Positions 1-8,299 of a stretch of 64,000 nt of DNA are shown one piece after another. Under the pieces are notes generated by a model. That model searched no databases, was not told where the DNA came from, and was given only the letters and a program-made list of their open reading frames with translations. The DNA is from an uncultured Lentisphaerales bacterium. Lineage in GTDB: Bacteria > Verrucomicrobiota > Lentisphaeria > JABSQK01 > UBA12247. A program made the position numbers and the translations under genes. The stretch spans positions 32,001 to 96,000 of the forward strand of contig CALSSJ010000030.1 of the NCBI GenBank assembly GCA_943788985.1, in the 5' to 3' direction. Within the stretch, counting starts at the first letter, position 1, and each line of letters opens with the position of its first letter.

Positions 1-1
1 G

Positions 2-1237
2 TGGGAAATCGTCGAGACGCCGGAATTCCCGGTCGCGATCCCTCTCCCTAGGCAGTTTTTCGGCTCGGTCACCGAGGAGATCCAGTTGATTCCTGATCCG
101 CCAGGAGCCGGCGAACTGATCCTGCGCGCGGTGGGCTCGACTTCGCTGTTTGATCTGATTACTTTCGATTTGCCTGTACAGCAGCTCGATTTGCGGATGG
201 ACCTAGACCGCAATATGCTGGTAGATGTGGCTGATGAGATCCTCGCACAGTCGCCGATCACACTTTCTCTGGAGGCCGGATCGCAGCTGGAAATGCAAAC
301 CATCGTGCGAGATGGCAGCAGCGATGCACTGCTGTCGGTGAGCCCCGAATCTACGGCCACATTTATCGTGCGTGACCTCCTCGACAATCAGTTGACCTTA
401 CCATTCAGCCCCACAAGTGACGAAACAAGCGTTTATTTCATTGAATTCACAAGCAGCGGGCAGATCACGTTCATCCTGAGCGATCAGGATAGTAGCGTGC
501 GATCAGACCAGGTGCAGGTCACGGTGGTCGCTTTGAACTTAACCGCGGATCTGAACGACGATTCCATACTTAATCAGGCAGATGAAGACGTCGAAGACAC
601 CAACGTTTTGAACTTTTCCAAGGGGATGCCACAGACCGTGCGGATAGAGGTTTTGTCGGAAGCGACTGTGGAACTGACCGCCAGTGGCGCTACGATGTGG
701 CAGATCGTTGATACCCTGGGAGTTCCAGTCGCAGTTCCTCTGCCCACGGAGTTCACTGGCCCGCTGAGCCAGGAGATTCAGGTGATTCCCGATCCAGCTG
801 GGACAGGCGAACTGATCCTGCGCCAAGTGGGCTCGGCTGGAATATTTGACCGAGTGAACTTCGAGCTGCCTGAGCAGGTGCTCAGCTTACGGATGGACGT
901 GGACCAAAGTTTGCACATCGATGTGGCGGATGATATCATAGCACAGTCGCCAGTCACACTTCCTCTGGAGCTCGGCCTGCAGGTGGAGATGTGGACGATC
1001 GTGCTGGATGTTCTCACTGGGGCACAGCTGGCCGTGAGCGCCGAATCCACTGCCACATTTATTCTGCGCGATGCTGCCGGCGATCCACTACAGTTGCCTT
1101 TGAGTATCACACCGAATACGACTGAATTTTATTCCATCGAATTCACAAGTGCCGGGCTGCTCACGTTCACCTTGAGCGATCAGGATGATTTTGGGATATC
1201 AGATCAGGTGCATATCACCGTGGAGAGTCAAGAATGA
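2..1237 (+). CDS. Large acidic repeat-containing surface protein, 5'-truncated by the window edge
   Basis: Frame is open from position 2 (WEIVETPEFPVAIPLP...), upstream of the called start at 86. Two homologous blocks occur with a 232-aa (696-nt) period; beta-rich, D/E-rich composition. Confidence 0.7.
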   Translation, partial: WEIVETPEFPVAIPLPRQFFGSVTEEIQLIPDPPGAGELILRAVGSTSLFDLITFDLPVQQLDLRMDLDRNMLVDVADEILAQSPITLSLEAGSQLEMQTIVRDGSSDALLSVSPESTATFIVRDLLDNQLTLPFSPTSDETSVYFIEFTSSGQITFILSDQDSSVRSDQVQVTVVALNLTADLNDDSILNQADEDVEDTNVLNFSKGMPQTVRIEVLSEATVELTASGATMWQIVDTLGVPVAVPLPTEFTGPLSQEIQVIPDPAGTGELILRQVGSAGIFDRVNFELPEQVLSLRMDVDQSLHIDVADDIIAQSPVTLPLELGLQVEMWTIVLDVLTGAQLAVSAESTATFILRDAAGDPLQLPLSITPNTTEFYSIEFTSAGLLTFTLSDQDDFGISDQVHITVESQE

Positions 1238-2475
1238 TGTGGAAAATGGTTACATTGCTAGTCGGCCTTTCTGCGCTGGCCCAGATTAATGAACAGTGCG
1301 TAATCACCGCTGGTGGTAAACCCGTCCACGTGACCGCAGACGGTTTCTACGACCTGCGAGCTGTTCCTGCGGGAGCGCCAGTGCGCCTATACGCCCGATG
1401 TACGGATGCTAGCGGCGTTGTGCGGTATGGTCGCACCGAATTCCTCCAACCCGAAGCTGGCCAGTTGCTGGAAAACCTAGCGTTTAGTTTCTCCGCGTCG
1501 CCATTTCCGCGAGCCTCAGCACTTATCGTGGCGGCAGACCGGACGGCTTACACAATCGGTAAGGACGATCCAGGGCAGCTTTCTGTCACAGCCACTCACG
1601 CCAGCGCGGCTGATCTCGACGTAGCTGACGGTGTGGGAGTGACCTACACCAGCAGCAATCCAGCGGTGGTAAGCGTAAGTGCTACCGGGCTGATTGAGGC
1701 GATAGCTGAAGGCACTGCCGTGATCGGGGTTGCTTATGATGGGTTGCGCGGGGCCATCACCGTCGCGGTGAATGAGTCCGGCAATCAGGCAACCACGGTG
1801 GAAGGTTTGGTGAGATTCGCAGACGGAAGTCCTGTTTTGGGGGCAGAGGTATCTGCCGGCGGCGAGAGCGGTACAACCGATGCCAGCGGGCAATTCAGTT
1901 TTCAACCACTGTTGCTGGAGTCGGGGCCCCTGAGGATTGCCGCCGTGAAGCGGACGGATGTCCAGTACTTCGCTACTTCCGCTGTCATCGATGCTGTTTT
2001 AGGCGGCATTACTGATGGCGGCCTGCTCGTGCTTTCTACACCTCGGCAGGTCGATACCGACGGCGATGGAATCTTGGACGACTACGAGCTGACTCTGTCT
2101 CTGCCTAAACCTCCGTTTCAGTTCGACCTTAACAATCCAGATACAGATGGCAACGGTATCTTGGACGGTGCCGAAGACGATGACGAAGATGGGCTACCCG
2201 ACTTCTACGAACTGCTTATTGGCACCTCCATGATCCAACGTGATTCGGACCACCCAGATAACAGCATCTCCGATGGCGATGAGGACTTTGACTCGGACGG
2301 CCTTACCAACCTGCAAGAGTTTGAGAACAACTCAAACCCCTATCTCCCAGACACCGATGGAGACGGCGTCACTGACCTGGACGAGGTTAACGCTGGCTTT
2401 GATCCTGCGGATGCCACTTCTCACCCCAAAAGAGTTGGATACGGTAGAGCCGTCTCATTTCGCCGCACCAACTAG
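1234..2475 (+). CDS. Secreted protein with Big_2-like Ig domain, carboxypeptidase-regulatory-like domain and DxDxDG Ca-binding (thrombospondin type 3-like) repeats
   Basis: N-terminal signal peptide; YTSSNPAVVSVSATGLIEA (Big_2-like); several DTDGDG/DFDSDG motifs; ATGA overlap with the upstream stop. Confidence 0.75.
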   Translation: MMWKMVTLLVGLSALAQINEQCVITAGGKPVHVTADGFYDLRAVPAGAPVRLYARCTDASGVVRYGRTEFLQPEAGQLLENLAFSFSASPFPRASALIVAADRTAYTIGKDDPGQLSVTATHASAADLDVADGVGVTYTSSNPAVVSVSATGLIEAIAEGTAVIGVAYDGLRGAITVAVNESGNQATTVEGLVRFADGSPVLGAEVSAGGESGTTDASGQFSFQPLLLESGPLRIAAVKRTDVQYFATSAVIDAVLGGITDGGLLVLSTPRQVDTDGDGILDDYELTLSLPKPPFQFDLNNPDTDGNGILDGAEDDDEDGLPDFYELLIGTSMIQRDSDHPDNSISDGDEDFDSDGLTNLQEFENNSNPYLPDTDGDGVTDLDEVNAGFDPADATSHPKRVGYGRAVSFRRTN

Positions 2476-2531
2476 CGCCGGTCAGGACTCTGCCCGCATA
2501 ATTCACTTAAAAAATCGCTATCGAGCCAACT

Positions 2532-4017
2532 ATGATCACCGACCAGGACCACGAGCAGTTGTGTCGCCATGGGCTTAGCCCAGCACAAGTCGACCAGCAA
2601 CTCAGCCATTTCCAAAACGGCGTGGAGCCAATGAAGCTCGTCCGCGCCTGCACTGTGGACGATGGAATCATTCGACTGCTGGAAGATGATCAGAGGCGGC
2701 TGGACGTGGAATTCGAGGCGGTGGCTGCGACAGGCCGCGTCAGCAAGTTTGTGCCCGCCTCCGGGGCTGCCAGCCGCATGTTTCAGCAGCTGATAGATGT
2801 GTATACGAATGGTGACGACGCAGACGAAGATAGCAAGGAGACGGTCTTGGAATTCCAGGCTCGGCTTGCGGAGTTCGCCTTTGCCTCTGCTGTCGAAGCC
2901 TGTGGCGGCTCGCTTGAAGCCGATACCCACGCTTTATTGGAGCAGTTACTCACCGAGCAGGGTCTGAACTACGCGGAAACCCCCAAAGGGCTCATCCCGT
3001 TTCATCGCTATGCGGACTCCGCAAGGACGCCGTTTGGCGAGCACCTCGCGGAAGGGACCGCCTACGGTGCCGATGATGAAGGAACGGTCCGGATCCATTT
3101 TACGGTCTCTGCGGAACACGTGGAGCAGATTGAAGCGCACTTGGAGCAATGCCGCACACTGTTTCCTGACCATCGGTTCAGGATTGGACTTTCGGTTCAA
3201 CAGGCAAATACTGACACGGTCGCTGCAGATGCGCAAGGCGAGCCCTTTCGTACGGACGAAGGTCGGCTTCTCTTTCGGCCCCGGCGGGCACGGTGCCCTA
3301 CTGGCAAACCTAGACCAGTTTGACGGTGACATCGTGGTGGTCAAGAACATTGATAACGCTCTGCCGACATACCGTGCGGAGGAAGCGTTTCGTTGGAAGC
3401 GCATTCTTACGGCCTACTTGGCAGAGACTCAGGAGCAGGTCTATGACGCACTCCATACGCTCGAACGCGGTGCCGATGCTGACGAGATCGAAGCCATTAA
3501 GGCGCTTTGTCGCGAAACGCTGCACCTTGACATTTCTACTATCACCGGAGACCACACCAGACAGACTGAGGCGCTGGCGACACTTCTGAACCGCCCCATC
3601 CGTATCTGTGGCGTGGTGCGTAATCAGGGAGAGCCCGGCGGCGGACCATTCTGGGTCAGCCGGCATGGGACCGTGACCCGACAGATCGTGGAGCGGGCTG
3701 AGATTGACCTCGACGATGCGTCACAGGCTGCGATTGCCGACTCCGCAACGCACTTCAACCCGGTTGATCTGGTTTGCGGAGTCCGCAACTACCGTGGGCG
3801 CCTCTTTAACCTGACAGAGTTCCGCGATGACTCGGCTGTTTTTCTCGCCCAGAAGTCACATCAAGGCCGTGACTTGCAGGCGCTGGAATGGCCCGGTTTA
3901 TGGAACGGCAGCATGGCCAATTGGATCACCCTGTTTATTGAGACACCACTCGAAACTTTCAATCCGGTGAAAACCGTGATGGATCTGCTGAGGGACGCGC
4001 ACCAGCCACTTTCATAG
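2532..4017 (+). CDS. DUF4301 family protein (nucleotidyltransferase-like fold), split by one frameshift near 3279-3282
   Basis: Motifs KFVPASGAASRMF, LLFRP/GGHGALL, GEPGGGPFWV, THFNPVDLVC, PGLWNGSMA and TFNPVKTV are spread over ORFs 2532-3323 and 3010-4017. Removing one C from the CCCC run restores FRPGGHGAL. Confidence 0.85.
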
Positions 4018-4060
4018 TGCGGCCGCGGCCATTAACCATACTTAGAATAGGAGGCCAGCA

Positions 4061-5176
4061 ATGGCTGACGGCGCGCTATCGCGGAAGGCTTACTTGTCGC
4101 GAAACGAAGGAAATTATGATGCCACGATCGAACTTTTCGGACAGAAGTTCGAAAAAGTAGATGACCTGCGTTATGGCACAAACCCACATCAAACTGCAGC
4201 GTTCTACCGGCCCTTGGATATGGCCACGCCAGTAGGCAGCCTCAAGATTCTCAAGACTGGTAAGAGCGGTCTGTCGCAGACCAATCTTGAGGATATCTCG
4301 TACGCGCTGAATATCTGTAAGTACTTTGACCGGCCGGCCTGCGCCTGCATGAAGCATGTGAACCCAAGCGGTGCCGCTGTGCAGGCAAGCCGCGAGCCCG
4401 TAAAGGCCGTGTATCTCAAAGCGCATAGTGCGGACCCGAGAGCGGCATTTGGCTGCGTGGCTGGCTTCAACTGCCAGGTCGATGCGGAAACCGCAGAGGC
4501 GATCATGTCCACGTTTGTCGAGTGTGTCGTAGCACCTGAAGTCACAGACGACGCCCTGGCAGTGTTCGCGGACTATGATCGTTTCAAGCGGAACAAGCAC
4601 ATTCGGATCGTCCAGTGCGGCAACTTGGCTGAGCTGCCGAAGTATGTCGGCGATGCAGGTGCCCCGACATTGAAGGTGCTGCATGATGGATCCTTGGTGA
4701 TCGCCGACCCGTTGCTGACGAATCTACGCAGCGTGGCCGATCTGGGCCCTGCGACGGCAAGTAGCAAGGCACTGGGCGAGGTCACGTCTACGGTTCAGCC
4801 AACCTCGCAACAACTGGATGATCTGCTCACGGCCTGGTACATCAACCTGAACGTGCGATCAAACGGCGTAGTGATCGTCAAGAATGGCGGCGCTCTGGCG
4901 GTTGGTACTGGCGAGCAGGACCGCGTTGGCGCGGTCGAACAGGCGATCTGGAAAGTAAAGGAGAAGTACGAGGGCTTGGATACGATCGCAGGATCGGTAA
5001 TGGCCAGCGACGGCTTCTTTCCATTCTATGATGCGGTAGAAATCGCAGCCGATGCGGGAGTGTCAGCTTTTCTGTCGCCCGTAGGGTCAATCAAGGACGC
5101 CGAGGTGATCAAGCGAGCAAATGAACTGGGCGTGGCCATCTGCCACGCACCTGAGCGCATTTTCTCGCATCACTGA
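4061..5176 (+). CDS. purH: AICAR transformylase-domain protein (short PurH lacking the N-terminal IMP cyclohydrolase/MGS-like domain)
   Basis: LRYGTNPHQ, MKHVNPSG, GEQDRV and ASDGFFPF motifs; C-terminal RIFSHH; AGGAGG RBS. Confidence 0.85.
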   Translation: MADGALSRKAYLSRNEGNYDATIELFGQKFEKVDDLRYGTNPHQTAAFYRPLDMATPVGSLKILKTGKSGLSQTNLEDISYALNICKYFDRPACACMKHVNPSGAAVQASREPVKAVYLKAHSADPRAAFGCVAGFNCQVDAETAEAIMSTFVECVVAPEVTDDALAVFADYDRFKRNKHIRIVQCGNLAELPKYVGDAGAPTLKVLHDGSLVIADPLLTNLRSVADLGPATASSKALGEVTSTVQPTSQQLDDLLTAWYINLNVRSNGVVIVKNGGALAVGTGEQDRVGAVEQAIWKVKEKYEGLDTIAGSVMASDGFFPFYDAVEIAADAGVSAFLSPVGSIKDAEVIKRANELGVAICHAPERIFSHH

Positions 5177-5372
5177 GAACGAGTTTGTAGCCTGCATAAC
5201 TCACGCCCTTCTACTACGAGAGCTTAATGCTGCACTCACCTTCAACCAGCTACGTTGCTCTCCGATTTCGGTGTATCTCGATACACTCTCATTCAGATCA
5301 CTGCCGTAACTGGCTGAAGGTGAGCACATTAGGCCTTCTCGCGACGAATCGCGGGAATGATGCAGGTTCTAG

Positions 5373-5855
5373 ATGCTGATCCAGCTGATTTTTGTTGGTA
5401 AGACCAAGCCGAAGGCCGCTGCAGCAGCGGTATCTGAGTATACGTCGCGGCTGGAACGTCTCACCCGAATTGGCACGCAGCAGATCCGGGACGAAAAGAT
5501 TGGCCAGGATGCCGACGCCGCGCGGGCTCGCGAAGGTGCGAGAGTACTGGCCGCTCTGCGCCCCGCGGATTGGGTGGTGCTGTGCGACGAGCGGGGCAAG
5601 GAAGTCACCACACCTATGCTGAAAGATGTGCTAGAGCGCGCCCGTAGCGGCCAATCTCCGTATTCAGGACGGCAGCGATTGGTCTTCGTCGTCGGCGGGG
5701 CGCTGGGCGTCGCTGCTGCGGTCAGTAAGCGCGCGGATTCCACAATTCGGCTCTCCGGCCTGGTGATGGCCGGGGGCGTCGCACGCGTGGTGCTAGTTGA
5801 AGCAATTTATCGGGCATTGACGCTTGTCCACGGGCACCCCTATCACAACGAGTAG
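5373..5855 (+). CDS. rlmH: 23S rRNA (pseudouridine1915-N3)-methyltransferase
   Basis: SPOUT motifs VLCDERGK, FVVGGALG and EAIYRALT; C-terminal HPYHNE; 160 aa. Confidence 0.92.
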   Translation: MLIQLIFVGKTKPKAAAAAVSEYTSRLERLTRIGTQQIRDEKIGQDADAARAREGARVLAALRPADWVVLCDERGKEVTTPMLKDVLERARSGQSPYSGRQRLVFVVGGALGVAAAVSKRADSTIRLSGLVMAGGVARVVLVEAIYRALTLVHGHPYHNE

Positions 5856-6101
5856 TTCGGTCGAATTCGGACTACAAGCTATTTGTCATTTGGCATCACT
5901 TGCCTTCTTCGGGCATATATCTGAAGTGCTAAACAACTATGTTATTTGTTTTTTGACTCGCAACTTATGACTCGCGACGCGCCGGTGAAGATGACGCTTT
6001 GACTCGGCGACAACTCAACCGCGGCGTCAGCCGGAAAACCAGCAGTCAGCGCGTCAAACACTCCAAAAAAACGCGAATCGCAAGTCATGAGTCGCGACTA
6101 G

Positions 6102-6464
6102 CCCGACTCTAGCGCTCAGGATCCAAAGTCGCGGGTTTCTCTCGGGTCATTTTGGTGTAATGATCACCTTGCTCTGCGGCAAGGCGGTCGTGTCGATGTC
6201 GAAGTGGCGATAGATCTGCGCCTGTGATGCCTCAGGAAGCCCTGGCTTACGAATTCGATGAACCGTGCCGTGGACTGTCGGAACGATGACTGTCGCGTAG
6301 CTATGCGGCTGCAAGGCGCTGCGTAACGTCTGCCAGCCGCGGGTGTCTCCGCGCTGGCGTAAGGTGTGCAGGATGTGCGTCAGTACGTAGTAGGCGAGCA
6401 CAGTGATGAAAATGTGCCCGTCCACGCGATCTTCGATCTGATGGAAGTTCTGGTGCAGGCCTAA
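6102..6464 (-). mobile_element. IS1634-family transposase C-terminal remnant with probable right end
   Basis: Minus strand reads LGLHQNFHQIEDRVDGHIFITVLAY...HRIRKPGLPEASQAQIY, resembling IS1634-family C-termini. Candidate terminus CCCGACTCT at 6102, preceded by CTAG. Confidence 0.7.
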
Positions 6465-6479
6465 CCCGAGTTTCGCACT
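6465..6479 (-). mobile_element. Probable IS terminal inverted repeat remnant (CCCGAGTTTCGCACT)
   Basis: Abuts the truncated transposase at a CTAA; 13/15 identical to the reverse complement of 19726-19740. Confidence 0.45.
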
Positions 6480-6690
6480 TTAGCCTACACTCAAGAGTGA
6501 AAATTGGACAAATCGACGTGAGTCGCCACACAAAACGACCGCGTTCAGCCCGGCTGTTACGTGCCGAACTCCGGATTTGAGGGAATTGACTCAATGGCCT
6601 ACACCGTCTTCGACGGCGATCATCAAGAGCATGCTCCAATCTGCAGGATCACGGTCGCCCCTTGGACGAAGTGACGGTGAAGCCTATGCC

Positions 6691-7089
6691 CCGGGCTGGA
6701 AGCTGATCAATATGCCATTTGTTAGGAACTCCGCAGACCTAGATGCCCTTGCGGGGCCACGGTTGGAATTGAACCACGGGAGCTACCGCCAAGCTGCGGG
6801 CTGGGTGCCAGGGCGTGGCTATTGGCTGAATTGGGAACAGGCACCAAGCGCTGTGACCGTACAACGGGAGGCAACGACCGATTGGGACCACCAGTTCATG
6901 GACAAGGGCTGAAACCTGCCCGGGCCCGTGCTTGAGTGCGCATGTCCGGCTCATCCTGCGATCCTGGCGGTCTATCGCTGGGATGCAATGGCGCAGCAGT
7001 ACGAAGCGCTTGGTGAGGATGACCGCCTACAGCTAGGACACGCGTACTGGATTCACGCCACGCCTGACCTGAGGATCAGCCCCAAATAG
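6691..7089 (+). pseudogene. Orphan fragment of a GWNL-type C-terminal surface-protein domain with an internal TGA
   Basis: PGWKLINMP...GRGYWL...DKG*NLPGP...YRWD...GHAYWIH; the frame continues through TGA 6910-6912 to TAG 7087-7089; resembles the C-terminal domain of 8300-11713. Confidence 0.65.
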
Positions 7090-7152
7090 GAAGCTTTAGA
7101 GTCGCAACCAGGCACCAGCTTGGACAGAGGAACGCAGAAAGGCAGGTGCGAC

Positions 7153-8160
7153 TTACTCGGCGGGCTGGGCAATCTCACCTTTGTTGGCCAGACGGTCGAG
7201 AAGAATGACCCCTACGAAACCAGCTACGATGAGAAACACTGCCAACGCGACCGAAGCATTGAAAGAGTCCGGCATCAGCAGGCCTTCGCGAAGAATCTTC
7301 TCCTTGCCCCGCACGACTCGGCTCTCAAGAACTTCGCGCCAAGGCCAGACCTTCTGTAGTGATCCGATCAGCACGCCTGTCAGGAAGCACATCGTGAGGC
7401 TGTAGTAGTGATTCATGATGTGGTTAAGAACCTTAGAGAAGCCAAGTAGCCCGACCAGCGCACCGCAGCCAAAGACGAACATGATTTGAATGTCGTTGTC
7501 GGCAAACGGGGTCTTATGGATTCCTTTGAGGGCGCCGGTGATAAACGCATACTTGCCAAGGATCAAAAGCAGGAAGGAGCCAGAGATTCCTGGAAGGATC
7601 ATGGCTGTGATTGCGATCACGCCACAGAGGAAAATGAACCAATAGGCTTCTGGTGTCTCAACGGGAATGAGATTCACGACGATGTGTGCGAATACCGCAC
7701 CGCCAAGAATCGTGGCTAGGTTTTTCGCGTTCCACAGCTTCTCAATGTGCCCGCCGATCACGATGATGGAGCCAGCGATCAGGCCTAGAAACAACGACCA
7801 GGTATGAATGGCATGCTCATGAAGAAGGTAGTGCACCAGCTTGGCCATCGAGATAACTGAGGTGCCTACGCCTGCGCCGAGGATGATGAGAAAACGAACA
7901 TGTACGACTGAGATTGCTCTAGCGATGCGGAAGCCAAGCAGATGCTGCACTGCTTCTTTACCGATGGAACTGATGGCTGCAAGCAGGTTGGCGTAAATGC
8001 CGGTGATGAATGCGATCGTGCCGCCGGAGACCCCTGGGATCAGGTCGGCTGCGCCCATGACCATCCCTTTCAGGAATAGGCTGATGCTTTCGCCAGGGGT
8101 GCGTGGCCCTGGCGAGTTGAAGACGGCATCCTTGATGGAGAGGTGCTCAGAGTCAGGCAT
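7153..8160 (-). CDS. DUF368 family membrane protein (undecaprenyl-phosphate translocase family)
   Basis: KGMVMGAADLIPGVSGGTIAFITGIY and AMILPGISGSFLLLILGKY motifs; multiple TM segments. Confidence 0.9.
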   Translation of the reverse strand: MPDSEHLSIKDAVFNSPGPRTPGESISLFLKGMVMGAADLIPGVSGGTIAFITGIYANLLAAISSIGKEAVQHLLGFRIARAISVVHVRFLIILGAGVGTSVISMAKLVHYLLHEHAIHTWSLFLGLIAGSIIVIGGHIEKLWNAKNLATILGGAVFAHIVVNLIPVETPEAYWFIFLCGVIAITAMILPGISGSFLLLILGKYAFITGALKGIHKTPFADNDIQIMFVFGCGALVGLLGFSKVLNHIMNHYYSLTMCFLTGVLIGSLQKVWPWREVLESRVVRGKEKILREGLLMPDSFNASVALAVFLIVAGFVGVILLDRLANKGEIAQPAE

Positions 8161-8183
8161 GGCAGGTCTTATCCCGAATACAT

Positions 8184-8215
8184 AAAGAAAAGGGCAACCG
8201 CCGCAGCGGTCGCCC
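8184..8215 (-). terminator. Rho-independent terminator of the large surface-protein gene
   Basis: Minus strand GGGCGACCGC-TGCG-GCGGTTGCCC followed by TTTTCTTT. Confidence 0.65.
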
Positions 8216-8299
8216 GTTTGAGTGCCCGTGTGGAGCAGCTAAAAGTCAGTTAGGGACCAGCGGTGTGCCCTCGGAGGATCATTGTCTGAGGGATCGTCA

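Noticed and set aside
3279..3282. Programmed frameshift or phase variation in DUF4301
   Set aside because: Only a C4 run with no slippery or SD signal; same +1 homopolymer pattern as in the AsmA-like gene, so probably a sequencing error.
6910..6912. TGA at a Trp position suggesting an alternative genetic code
   Set aside because: TGA terminates intact genes here (purH, pilT, rplA) and prfB with its TGA frameshift is present; a TGG>TGA nonsense change is simpler.
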